Shown: piece after piece, positions 11,783 through 24,700 of the stretch
Layout of the letters: every line of letters starts with the position of its first letter
Numbering within the stretch: position 1 is the first letter of the stretch
From: Trichodelitschia bisporula
Taxonomy: Eukaryota
Direction of reading: 5' to 3'
DNA length: 64,000 nt
Assembly: GCA_010356995.1 (NCBI GenBank)
Contig: ML996688.1
Location: 62,001-126,000 of the forward strand
The notes under the pieces: generated by a model
Told to the model about the DNA's origin: nothing
The model's input: only the letters and a program-made list of their open reading frames with translations
Database searches by the model: none
Made by a program: the position numbers and the translations under genes

Positions 11783-14700
11783 TCAGACGATGTGGCTCAG
11801 GGAGTCCATCACGGCCTGGACGATGGATGGGTCGCCCTGCAAGGATATGGTAGGCATCTTCCCGGGGCCCTGAGGAGTGTGGCCATCGTAGTACGGCAGC
11901 GTAACTCCGGCATTCTTGTGGAGGAAATTGAGCGGCCAGCCGTACAAGGTGACGGCCCAACCCTGAGCGTTGAGGTAGACACGAACCAAGGCGTCAACTG
12001 CAATCGAGCTGCGAGGGTTGAAGAGAAGCCAGCAACGAGTCGGCTGATCCAGATGATACCACTTCCAGAACAATGGACACGAGCGACGGTCAACACCCCA
12101 GAGCTCGCGCTTATTGTAGCGCCAGTCTGAAGTCATATCCACGCCTGGGTCTGACGCGACGTACTTAATGAGCTGATCGAGAAGGTGCTCAGTTTCGTGC
12201 CGGTGGTACTCGGGAGTGCAGTTGGGGCACGGCACACAGCTCAGCGCGTGAAATGGCTCGGCCATAGAAGCGGGTTCCTGTACCTTGAAGATTTTCCTTG
12301 GATCAATGTCCGGGAGAGCGCCGTAAAAGTCGTTGGCCCTAAAGAGCAGCGTTCGAAAATGGGCAGTGCGGATATAGAAGTCCATGGTGGTGCGCTGGTC
12401 CCGGTCGGGAAAGAACTGCGGCGGCAGCGTGCAGAAGCCAATCCAGTGGTTCGACTGCTTGCAATGGAGGCAAAACATTGTGGGACAGAGATCGCGCGCA
12501 ATCAGGCAGTCACACATGCCGTGCTCCTCGCTGCCGCATGCAAGGCAGATGTAGCGACGCTTGAACAGCCAGTCTTCCTCGCGAGGAATGCCCTCATGAC
12601 CGCCATACAGCTCAACGGGCTGCTTGCCAAAGTCGTTGTTGATTCGCTGGCTCGTGTGTCCAGGTGGAAAGAGCGGCTCGATGCGACCGCGGTGGTCGCG
12701 GACACGGGGGCGCAACATCATGTTGTTGCACTCCATCGGGTAGACTTTCCGTGGCTCGACCGAGCCGTCGCCACCGCGCATGCTGCAGGCATGCTTGCCG
12801 GGCTGGTTAAAGTCGGACCGCGCTCGAAACCCGAAGGGAATTTCAGCGCGATCGCCCCGCGCCAGGATTTGATGGCGCTGGTATTGATGAGATAGCTGAG
12901 TCATGAGGACCATCAGCTCTTCCCACTCCTCGGAGTTGCAGTTGGGCCACACTTGGCCTCCGTACTTGCTCGCCAGGCTGTTGTTGAACCCTATGACAGG
13001 CGGATATGACAAACCACTATTCACTCGACCAATGCTAGGACGGCCACTCAGCCGAGAGGGAAGTTCGCAGGCCGGACGATCCGGTTCGTACGGATTTGTC
13101 TTCAGAGCTTGGTCCGGAAGGTCAACAATGGTCCCGTCCTTCTTGGTCGCAAACTGGCCCGCGGTGGAGGTGTAGACCCATCGGCGGGCATTGCCGATGC
13201 CATAAGTGTCGATTTCGCCAACGTGACTATCCTTTACCGGTATCGGACGCGGATATCCGCCCGGAGGATGAAGCTCAACGGGTATTCCGTCGGTACGCGC
13301 GCAATGGTATGCCGGATCCAGGTTGACGTCCCTGAAATCCTCGAGCAAGTTGGTATCGCTGTCAACAGGGTTGATCCAGCTCTTGGACAAGGCCGAGCGG
13401 TCAGTACCCTTAAAAACGAGCGGCGTTGGAACTCCGCCATGTACACTGATGTCGTGTGCGAGCTCTTTATCGAGGCGGTCGGCAAACGGCCGGCCTACAG
13501 GCTCGAAAGAGGCAGCCGCCGGATTGAAAGTAAAGGGCGCAGGGGCTTGGCTGGAGTTTCCACTTATGGTATCCATTGACGGCTGCTGAAAGTGTTAGAT
13601 ATCTGATACACCCAACGAGGAATATAAACTTGCCTCTTGGTGTCCCCGCGTATTAGGGTTGCTTGCAACGGGGGCAACGCCTCCAGAAGCCGAATTGCCA
13701 GGACAAGGTGTGGGGGTACGGGGTAAATCAGTGGCCGCCGATCCGACCGACGGCGTGCTGACAGCTTGCGACAGAGGAGACGAGACTCTCGCTTCGTTCG
13801 CAGCCGCCTTTTTTGACGCCTGTAATGGCGTAAGGCTTTTGCTTTTGTCACTGGACGGGAGATGCAAAACTTACACGAGTCTTATTCTTTCGCCCCACGC
13901 GAGACATATCTTCCATGGAAGGAACTTCTTGCGCAGAAGCAGAGGAGGCGGTGGGCGAGCTCGATAAAGATTCGGTAGGAGCGGCCTTACAAACTGGTGC
14001 AGTTGTCGAAGGTGCAGAGTTTTCTGGACCTGAAATGGTAAACGGGGAGCTGGTCCTCGCGTGGCTCGCACCTGCCATGCGGGTGGCTGTGGTGCGTACC
14101 TCCCCCGCCGAGACGCTCCGACCGTGTGGATTGGGAAGGCGCGGGAGCAGCACCCCCACTCGGCCCTTTTCGTCCTCGAATATGACCTTTCGAGCCGAAT
14201 CAGTAATATCCCGAGGAATGTTCTCCTGAGCCACTTTCGCCCACGATGCGCCTTGCGCGACGTTCGATGCCTGACGAGGCTTGGGGGTAGGAGTACGGGA
14301 GGAGTTCTGACGAGGTCTGGGAGTAGGCGTGCGCGAGGAGTCCTGACGAGCCTTGGGCGTAGACGTACGCGAGGGGACCGAGATCTCCTCGGGCGTTGAG
14401 GCAGGCGCCACAGTTCCCAAAGCCCCAGAGTACGAGATCATCTCCGGCGCCGGTGTCGGCACGGGGGTTGGCGCTGGCCTCCGAGTCGACGTCGAAGAGT
14501 TGGGAATAACCAAACCAGTTCCCCGACCAGTTCCCTTCGACAGCTCCGTGAGCTTAGCTGTCACCAATTGCAGGCTGGAATGGGTCATTGATGCAGACGG
14601 CGCTTCAGCCGGCGCAGGCAGAGGCTCCGTAGAAAGGTTCGTCCCCGCAAAGACGTTGCCGGCAATCGGCTTGAGGACAGGGGTAGCTGGGGGAGGAGCA

Positions 14701-15410
14701 GTGAGTTTCGGAACTTTGTCAAAGTTTAGAGATGGGCCGTGAGTGTTCACGGGTCCCGCCATTTCTTCAGCCTTGGGTTTTTCAAAGGCCTCGGAGCGCG
14801 CTGGCTTTCTGCCCTCAGTCCTCTTGCCACGCTTACTCATAGTTTCGTGAGGATGGTGTCTTTCTGCCCGAAGCTGGGTATGCAGGACTGGAGCCTTCGG
14901 TTTCGTCGGTGGTGAGGAAGCCTTATGGGCTGACTCACGGCTCCGACCTTTCTCGAAGAGGAGAGCGACCTTCCCTCTTGAAGGCGTGAGAACAGACGAC
15001 TTTTGATCCTTTAAGCGAGCTCCAGTGGGTACTGGCAAGAACGACCTAGGGAATGTTCCAGACCAATCTTTTCCAGGGCTGGACGGGGAAGAGTCTATGT
15101 TAAATCGGACGTGCGTCTTCGATGAAATCGGAATGCCCGTGCCTCTGATGGAATCGTGGAATTTGCGGGCAGGTCGGCTTGGAGAGGTCAGACACTCTTG
15201 GGAGCGGCGGATGGAAATTGTCGAATGGGGCAGCCGAGAACTCGAGAATGTCGATAACCGAGCGTCCTCGCCTGACGACGGATGTAGCTGTGCTGCTGGG
15301 TCGAAGCCGTCTCGCAGTCTATCAACGAGATTAGCATCGAGCCGCAATGATTCAAGAACGTCGAAGCACGGGCACGTACCGCCCATGTTGGTCAAGAAAC
15401 GCCTCGCCAT
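11783..15410 (-). CDS. Large (~1170 aa) protein with low-complexity S/P/T-rich N-terminus and two tandem CCHC zinc knuckles
   Basis: Three ORFs join in phase 0: exons 15410-13875, 13819-13634, 13585-11783; intron 1 GTAAGT...CAG, intron 2 GCAAGT...CTAAC...CAG (GC-AG). Knuckles CLACGSEEHGMCDC and CLHCKQSNHWIGFC both match CX2CX4HX4C. Start codon uncertain. Confidence 0.72.
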
Positions 15411-16652
15411 AGCGTGACAGAACAATGGGAGCTTGTGGGTTAACGAAAACTTCCACCATGATGAGCTGCTAAACGGGCTCGTCGGTGTCGGCGTCGGCGT
15501 CGGCGCTGGGATGTGGGAGAAGAATGCGACGGATGAAGGACACCAAGAACAGTAGATGATGCGGATAAGTTGACGAGCTGCTGATGACAGACGCGAGGAA
15601 GACACTTAAGAGCAGTTCTTTCATCGTCCTGACGGCCGCTGCCGTAGTCCTGCCACCAATACAATGGGCAAGAAGGAGGGGAAGCTTGACACCTGCTGCC
15701 ATGGCAATGTGAAGGGGTGTTACTTACTGGCGCCGTGACAATCACAGTTGAATTCAGCAGGTGAGAAAGCGCGGTACAGACTGGTTCAGATAGTACGAAT
15801 ACACAAAGGGGATGTGCATCGGACGGGGTAAAGGAAAGATTCAGGGAGTTGAGGAGAAGGTGGAGAGGAGCTGGTGGGAAATGGAAGAGTCAAAGCGGCA
15901 AGAGAAAACTCAAGGGGTGGTCGGAGGAGGCAGGAGCGTGGAGGCAGGTACGGTGGGCAGCATAACTACACGTTAGAGAGAATACTGATTGCCTCGATGC
16001 TGCTCCACTCGCTTCGATGCTGCTCCCTCTGAATTGCTTAGATGGAAATCCTACATTTCCCCTATGTCCCCATACTGAGGCCAGATCGCGGAGGACGCTG
16101 TCGCCATATGGAAGCTTCTCTTAAGTTCATCTGCTACAAATTAGCCACTGCAGTTTGTCTTGAATTCAGACTTGTCTTTCTTACTTTTTCATTACCATCT
16201 GCTACTGCCGATGTTCTTGCTACTGCTACTGTAAAGCTCGGGGAAACCCAGTACAGCGCATGACTTACCATGGTCCAGAATCAACCTTTCCACATCATCG
16301 CTGCAAGTCTGTCTCCATCCTCTGGTGTCCAACTAATAGAATAGCATTTCGGCGATATTCCGAGCATGCCGAGCGGTACAGGCTGACCTCCAGATCTCTA
16401 GCACTGGTTAAGAGTAAAGCAACGGCTGGGACCAGAGCCACAGGCCTCGGAAAAGGGGCCAACTGGCGAATGTGCGGTGAATCCAGGGCCAAGCGGTACA
16501 CATCCCACAATGCATGGGATCAGATGAAGTCCCCGAAACCTGCCAGCCTGGGATTCGACGAAAGGCGGATGTCCAGATCTTTCTGCTTCGACTCCTTCGG
16601 AGGCTAAATTCGAATTTGATGACTTCGTCAACGGCGATAGTGTTCAATTGCG

Positions 16653-16819
16653 GGAGGGCGAGTCTGCTCTTGCATGCTGGGCGAAGCCAGTCAGACGATA
16701 CAGTACCCTTTTTTGTCTTTCACGGTCCGTGATATTTTGTCATCGGCGATGAAAGACAAAAAAGGGTACTGTATCGTCTGACTGGCTTCGCCCAGTATGC
16801 AAAAGCAGACTCACCCTTC
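16653..16819. repeat. Long inverted repeat / hairpin (70-bp arms, 27-nt spacer)
   Basis: 16677-16722 is the exact reverse complement of 16750-16795 (46 bp); arms extend to 16653/16819 with four transition-type differences. Confidence 0.95.
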
Positions 16820-17264
16820 ATTAGGACGATACCGCCGCAATATTTGTGGACACTCGACGAGAATGGAAGCCCTACCCCTTCGTCAGCGGTATTCGACGTC
16901 TTTCAGGACATGGAACAGTGAGCAAACCGAAGCCTCCGAGGGCCATATCCAGTGTCCCGACCTGCTGTACTCGACCGTCCGACCCTGAGTCCAGGTAGCG
17001 GAGCATTGCTGCCATCCCAGTGGAGTTGAATCTCCAAGGTATGATCAAGAAAAAAAAGCCAAAACGAAGACAAAGCGACAGCAAGAGACCAAACAGAAAA
17101 CCAAATTGAAAGAAGACCATGCGCCAAAAATGAGCATATGCGCAAACAGCAAAGGTACACCAGCAGAGACAACAATAGATAACACGCCGTAGTCTTTTAG
17201 GAGAGCTAGAGATACTTTCCCCAGTCCTACCCAAGCTCAGTCCTCAGTCCTGGTCGCAGCCATC

Positions 17265-18219
17265 CTAGTCGTCGTTGCCGTCGGGGTTGCGCTCTTTGCA
17301 GCTGTTCTGGGTGTCATGCTCGTCGTGACCGTTCAGGCTGTGGTTGTCGTCACTAATCTGGTCGACATCGTCGCCATTCTGGTCGTTGTCAGCGTTCTGC
17401 TCGTCGTCGTCGTTGCCATTCCGGTCGTCGTCCTCATTATCGGCACCGTCCAGGCCGAACAGACTGCGGGCCTTCTTTCGGAACGACTTCGGAGTCAAAG
17501 CTGGCGAGTCCTCCATTTTTTCTTCCTTTTCAGAGTGACCGGGCGCGCTACGGGAAGACTCAATGACACCCTTCTTTTCATTAGTATACGAAATCAGAAT
17601 GCTCGGTTCGGTTTACCTGAGCTGGGCGAGGCTTGCTCGGCTGCGCGATCATGTCGTCCCACCACTGCGACTGCGGAGCCGGGTTGATCAGCGTCTGCAT
17701 CATGGTTAGGCTGGCCTCATTGTGGGTAACAGGGTTATCCACATTCCTCATGTCCAGCCCGAGCTGCATTGCGAAGCCGGAGAACCACAGAGGCGCGATG
17801 ATCACCTCCTTGAAGCGGGCTGGAGTGGCACGGACGAGCTCGTACTCCCAAGTGAAAATCCCCGCTGTCGGGATCGGAACCTTCGTTGTCAGAAGGATGT
17901 TTCCATCACTGGCCTCGAGCTCAATTGTCGCGTGGCTGTACGGAGCGTAAACAAGCTTGATCAGGTCCTCAAAGACCGCGTAGTGGCTAGCTGGAATGCT
18001 GACGTCGAGCCAGGGGGGCCCAACCTGACTGTAACCCTGCTCCAGGACCTGGGCCTTGGATTTGGTTTGCTCCCAGAGAGCAGCCAGGTCCGTGAAAGCC
18101 GCCGTGAAGCTATCTTCGGTGAACGAGAGACGCAGAAAGAGGGGGGGGAGCGGACCCGGAAAGTTGCTGATCACAAACTGTTTGGGCAGCGGCTGCCAGC
18201 CCTTGAGAGCGGAAGCCAT
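17265..18219 (-). CDS. XLF/Cernunnos (Nej1)-like head-domain protein, ~303 aa, acidic D/N-rich tail
   Basis: WQPL...LPPLFLRLSFTEDSF...FTDLAALWEQ...ILLTTKVP...FTWEYEL....FKEVIIAPL follows the pattern of fungal XLF N-terminal domains. Exons 18219-17617 and 17573-17265, intron GTAAAC...ACTAAT...AAG phase 0. Confidence 0.65.
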
Positions 18220-20622
18220 CTTCACTACCGAGAGGAAAGGAGCGTCAACCGTATTCGCGAGATGGAACTGAGGATAACGATGTGAAATGGCGATGCAGGT
18301 TGTTGAAGAGGTGAGGTGGTCGGTGATGGAGCGGTACGGGTAAATTATTTGGAGCTTGAAGCTAGCTCCCAGTTCCCCACACTGTACAACAGCATGCAGC
18401 CCTGTCGGAGCCCCACAAACCACCGGCTTGGCAGAACGAAGCTCCCCTCAGCTCTCCAGCTTCAACCTCATGAGAAAAGAGTCAGGATTCTACTGCTGTT
18501 CCCCTTCGTCTCTACCCATTTTCCCCTGAGCCTCTTGCTCAGCAAGTCTGCCCGTAAGGTTACCCCTGAGAGTGATTAGCCTCGCAACAATAACCCTTCT
18601 CTATCGAGCGACGGCAGTATCATACGCTTCAAAATCCATTCTGCAAGTCTTGAATCGCAGCCAATCTTTAGGATTTTTCGATAGCTGACCAGTGACGATG
18701 GTGCAGAAGCAGATGAGCTGTCCAAACAGTGCGCCTCGGCCTTCCCGCAGCTAGGCCCGCTAGCTTCGGCAGGATTCACTACCACGATGACCCTAAGCCC
18801 CTTGATCTCTCGTGCCTCGGGTCGCGATCTGTTAGCAAGGCTAATGGGCTTCTCGGGTCTGTCCGCTTCTTTTCGCATTCGTACATCGCTTTGAAAGCTC
18901 CCAGTCGCCCCAAGGTCTGATCGCCGGAGACAAGACCGCATACTTGATCATCATTCTCTCGTAATCTCAAAGGCGGATAGGCTAGCTTGGTCCACAATCG
19001 AGTCAGTAAGCGCACGCAAAATGAAGGAGGGAAAGGCGAAGGTCCTCAACAAGCTCTACCTCCGTAAAGCACTCTGTTGTGATGGGGGGGCGAAAGCTGG
19101 GGAAGCCTGTGCAGATCACGAACACCTGGAGGCCGTGTATCGGCGACCGGCGCGTCTCAGGCCCCACAGATACCCTTGCAGCGTTTGACACGAGACTGAC
19201 GTTCCAGGAGACAATGTGAGTTAATACAAGCTAGATTGGAAGTTCTAGAAGTACTCTCGTCGCCGCTAGCAAGCAGATCGGCCCGATACCTCATCGAGAG
19301 CGTCGACGTCACTCAAGGATACATTTGATAGACAAGGAGAGGATGTGCGGGAGATCTTCCAATGGTCAGGCCCGGTATCGAGCCAATAGGCTATGAGCTG
19401 CTGCTCTCTACAAGGGTCGAGGTTCTCACTTTACGGACTAAATGAAGTCGATGCGCTTCACTTGGAGTATTCAACATCGGCCGTCGAAGATGTTCCCCGA
19501 AGGTGTCGCAGTTGCATGAACAACAGCTTTTACAGTTGGGTACTTCGTCAGAAGAGCGACTCAGCAATGGCTCTGTGCTGCTATGACCTACCTATTTCCA
19601 AGTTAAATTGTCATCGAAGCGGATACCGGGAGCTAGACTCCGAGACAAACCCAAGAGTTGATGGAGATATCTTCAAAGTCAGCCCACCTCGGAACCCTGT
19701 CCCTCAACTCACTCACCAGCATTCTCCAATCTCAAGAATATGTTCTGGAGTCCCGGCCCGCACTGCCAGATCCCCAGCAACCGCAAAGGTTGCAAGCCCG
19801 CACCTCCAACCCTACAAACAACCAGCATCTCCCCAGAAGGTCTCTCATCGACCAAGCAAGCCCTCATAAAGCAGCCGACCAAACCGGTCAAACTCCAACC
19901 CCATTAGAAGGATCAATCTACGAACGCGTAATGCTAGCAACCCGCATCGGATTTATGTAGGCCGGTATGTGGCCATGCCCGAATCCTTTGAGAAAAGGCT
20001 GCTAATTAGGTATGCAAAGCCGCATACAACCCCGGGTGCTCCCAGTTACCGGCAGGGGAGAGCAATGCACTCGAAGCAGAGGAGACATCGTGGTTGGTCG
20101 TCAGCTGCGATCCATGCATCGTGAATTAACCCGGACATGTTGGGCTGCATGATGGGCTGCATGGTGGTGCGCGGTGGGCGTGGCGGAGTGCGTCTTGATC
20201 GTCCCCAAGGTCAGGTGGGTTAGATCTGGCTCAGCTTTGCCTGCTTTCGATCTGGACAATGATTTCGTTGCAGATAAGGTAGTTAATTATGGGCCGCAGT
20301 CGTATTCACGCAATCGTCATGCATAGTCGATCAAAAGCTTGAGCGATGAATGAGTTCTGGGAGGGATGTGCTTCTCCGGACCTGCGTAACAATGATCGCC
20401 TAGGATCATCTCAAGCATTCTTCGAGCGTAGCGAAGTTGTCAAAACGGAAGGTCTGAGCTGGGACTGTATCATGACTCGATAAAGGACCCACGTTGGTGA
20501 TACAAAAAACACTCAACACCTAGAGCACCAACCCATTCAGCGTCAACCGCCAACCCAGAAATCCACTGTCCACTGCATGATCCCATGCCCGCGCCCAATA
20601 CTCCAATTGTACGTCATTCATT

Positions 20623-21789
20623 CTAACCGCGACCCCTGGGCCCTTCCTCATCCCACTCCGAGCCATTTCCAACACTGTGCTCGTCCAACCTCGCGCTCAC
20701 CGGAACCGCATCCGGGTCGTCGTCGCTAAGATCGTCCTCGAATGCATTCGGATCCGTAAGTGGCTGCGTGGAGTCGCCTTGCACGTCGTCATCGGCGGAC
20801 ACCGAGATGCCCCGCGCACCCCATCGTCCATGCTTTCTCGCAGGCGCTGGTGCATTCCCACCAATGCGCAGGCCATTGCTTGCCAATGCTCCCTCTTCAT
20901 CCAGGTCGGCGTGCTTGCCCACTAACCGGCCAACCAGCCACCCACGACCGAGATCTTCCTCGTCAACGATTCCGCCGGCCCGGAGCTTGACGCGCTGGCG
21001 GGAGTAGTACACCCACGCAAAGTCCACGTACAAAGCCGTTTGCAGAATACCAAAGATTACTGAGATGGGGTCGAAATGCCGTTGCTCCTTGTTGGCAAGG
21101 CGCACGATCCAGTTAAGGATGTAAAAAGCACGGTACGAGCCCAAGCACACGAGATAGTATGAGTCAATCACAGTCGGGACTGTGGTTTGGCGGAGGAGGA
21201 CGAGCTGTGGGAGAACGCAGACGGATTCGAGGACCTCAGAGAAGGTCCAGAGGATCTGGCCGAGTTAGAATGCAGATACGAGAGGACAAGATATACCCAC
21301 CTCAGTGAAGGTGAATTCGTGGACCCAGAGATGGTGTTTCGTTAGGGGGTCGTTGGCATTCACTATCGGCCCCTGCTGGCATATCCAGGTAAGGGGAACG
21401 GAAAGCAACACTGCCCCTCCAAGGCACCATATGCCAAAACGCCAGGCCTTTTCCCGCTCCCGTGTGCGCGCAAAGGAAACTGTCATAAGAAAGATGATGT
21501 AGAAGGAGGAGGCGATATAGAACAGCTTGAAGCAGAGGTTCCACAGGTATATCGCATTGCTCATGCCGACACCGGGCTTCACCCAGAAGAGATCGAGGTA
21601 GCGCGTCGAGAATACCGCGGCGTAGAGGACTTGTGTGATGAGAGAAACACCCTGAGCTGTCAGCTGCGTCCAAGGGACTGGACGTCATCATACCTCAGTG
21701 CTCCGGTTCCAGTGGATAGCCCACATTAGGATTATCTTGGAAGCCAAGTGTGACAAGTCGCCCAGCAGTCGAAAGAGATTGACAAACAT
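20623..21789 (-). CDS. ER lumen protein-retaining (HDEL/KDEL) receptor family protein with acidic C-terminal extension
   Basis: NLFRLLGDLSHLAS, EGVSLITQ.LY..VFSTRYLDLF, LWTFSEVLESVCVLPQL, LGSYRAFYILNWI, GILQTALYVDF. Exons 21789-21694, 21651-21301, 21255-20623, all phase 0; ERD2-like. Confidence 0.94.
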
Positions 21790-24700
21790 CTTGACGGCGT
21801 GTCTGGATGGTTCGCAAGGTAAAAGGGGTGGAGGATTGAAGCTCCCGCAGGCGGCTGACGATGCGGAGGTGGAGCTAGGTGACAGGCGAGTTGGGAAACG
21901 CACAGCTATGGGGCGATAAGGCCTCGGCGGATGAATGGCATGAACGTAGGTAATGCGGTAAGTGATAGAGTAAAGCTGAAGCCTGAATGCTTCAGCATCA
22001 CGACCAGAGGTGCTCAAGCTGATACGAGACGCGCGCCGCCTCCCGTTGTCACAGCCAGGCGGCAATGAATGCTGTCACGTGCCACATCTCTTTCCGGAAC
22101 ATAACGATGGGCAGGGCGGAAAATTCGTAGCCGCCCCGGAAAGAAGTCGTAGCTATCCCTTACCCAGTTCTTTGCCGAATAAGAAGCAGATACTATTGAG
22201 GCGCCGTGGCCACAACTTTTTCGCTCAGCCCGGGACCCGCCCCGGGTGCCCTCGCTGGCCTGAATGATACGTGTCGCCATGACAGAGATCACTCATCTTC
22301 GCCGACCGGATGAGGATGGAGTGAAGAGTGCAAGCTGTCATGCGTCTCGAATACCCTTCAAAAATCACGTGTGATGAGGCAGTGTTTCGGCCGCGGAAAT
22401 CCCCGCAAAAGTTCACAACTCCATCAACACCTCCATTGCTTCCTTTCACCCTTCAGCTGAAGATTCAGCATTCTGCACCCCTTTGAGACTCTAATCCCCT
22501 GGTCTTTGGTTGATACCGAGCCCCATCCTTGACCAACGCCTTTCGTGAAGCTATCTTGAGACCAATGCCCAGGGCTGTGGGGGAGGTCGCGTCCAAGCCT
22601 CGAAGGAACAACAGAGCTGCAGCAAGCCAACGACTACATCGCGGGTCTTCGCTAATTGCGCCTTACAGATTCTAGTGCCGCGTGCCGTCCAACTGCAAAG
22701 CATTATCAGTTCCAAGGACTGGCGGCTGCGCAGCTTTATTTGCTTGATAGGACGTCGGCCTCTATACTCTCCCCCTCGGATCAGGCACTTTGAATTTGTT
22801 CCCATACCCGAGGCTTCCGGACTACTCTGGATGGCCTTGCAGGCCAAACTGGACCCACAGCAAGCCTCCAACTGTGGCAAAACGGATGAAGGAACGTGAA
22901 ACATAGCGGGGTCCTTCCCGTCCACGAGATAACAGCAGCTAAGTCGGGTTGTTCATTCGGTAGTGCCTGAGTACAACGTCCAGAGGCACATGGCACGCTC
23001 AACTCCATGTAGACCGCGGTCTCGGCCCAGTGTCCCTCTTTGTCGCGCAGTCCCAAGGACGCCCACGCCGGGTTGGCGGGGAGCAGCTGCAAGCCATGAT
23101 GCGACCTACCTGCCTTCGCCATGCCGAATCCCGTTGGAATGGTCCGTGAGGTCGTTACCCGCTTCCCATGCGAAGGTAGCAAGAACTCGATGAAGGCACA
23201 TGAGCACTTCCTCAAGAGGAGGAAATTGTTACAAATGCCGACCAGAAGGATCTCAAGATCGGCACGAGCTTAATCCTTGATGTCGCCGGTCTGTACTCGG
23301 GCCGGGAATCCGAGGAGGATTCCGGGCCTGTTTTTTCCCGAAGATCTCAACAACTCTTCTTTGCGCTTGTCATTCGACGGCGGAGCTGGTCGTTAGGCAG
23401 TCACGGAAGCATCCTTCCGCTCGTAGATGCTCGCTGCGCACGCCGCAGTACCTAGAATCCGGATGAAGTGCTCGCAGCGGAAAGGTCTCGACGACTTACT
23501 ATTCGGTAAAATCATATCCTGTTCGCTCCATCACTGCCGCAATGATCTGCCTTCCTACCTGCTCTTCCCTCAGCCAGCCTCTGATGTTGGCTTTGAGGCC
23601 TGCTGTTGCTATCGCCACGGCGCTTAAACAGATCTTCCAATCAGGCAACATGAATTTCAACATGTACTTTGCGGCTGAGCGGACTCCCCGGCGTTTCAGT
23701 CCTCCGCCATCGGGGCTTTATGTTCCCCACTGTCAGCGAGGCAGCCTTTCCTACCGCGGAGTGGTTCGCCAGTGTTCAGTATCTACAGAACCGTGTGGCT
23801 GATGACGCACGTTGGGCCAATGCCACAACGGCGCGTTTGCCGAAACAGCCTGACTTATCTCAAATTCTCACTCGCGGTCGTGAACACACAAGTTCGACGC
23901 TGCACAGCGCAACTCTGCTCCTACGCGTGCACGGGTCTTCGCCGTCAAAGTCACTACGCAAGCAAGATAACACTACAGGCCATCGTTCAGGCCGAAGCCC
24001 ATGCCCCCATTGGGAATTTGCTACCAACAGTTTCAGGGTTAATTAGCCAGTGATAAAGCTGCCCGATGGTTTGGGTAGGATCATGCATGCATCTCTTCAG
24101 TGCCAATTAGCAACGCTGGCAACCCACCAAGTCAGGAAGTATTAGTGCGGGATTTTCCCGAAGAAGCCAATTTGCCTTGATTCGAAGCGGAAGCGTCAAG
24201 TGCTCAGCCGCAAGGGCGAGGCTTCGATCCATATGGTCGGGTACACGTGCGGCAAGCCTCCCAGAGGAACTATCCCTCGACCATTGCCGCTCTGGTCTCG
24301 GTTGGACAGGGAAGCCCTGAAACTTTTGACGAAACATTGTGGCTCACAGCCGCCGAACCGCGGGGTATACCCGCGACGTACCGGCTACCGGGCCAATTGG
24401 CTTTTGACGAACGGCGCCGGGGCCCATCGCCGCGCCCGTCTTTCCCTCCCGTTCGTCCCTCCCGCTTACGCTTCTTTGAACGTCGTTCACGGGAAGGATC
24501 GTGGAAGCTCGGCCCGGAGTCGCACAAGATCCGCCGACCAACTTGTCCACCAAGGCCACCTTTCGCACCTCCATCAGCCTTGTGAGCTGTGTGCTGAGAT
24601 CGTGGCCGCCCGTAGGCCACCACTCGCTGACGGCGATCTGGCGCTAATCTCAAACGCGGTGTTCTCTATGCAGCCCTCGCGGCTACGTCGCTTGCTCCTA

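Noticed and set aside
23300..23336. Small hairpin GGCC-G-GGAATCC/GGATTCC-G-GGCC followed by a T6 run, resembling a bacterial terminator
   Set aside because: Eukaryotic context, short stem, no upstream Pol III boxes seen; compatible with chance
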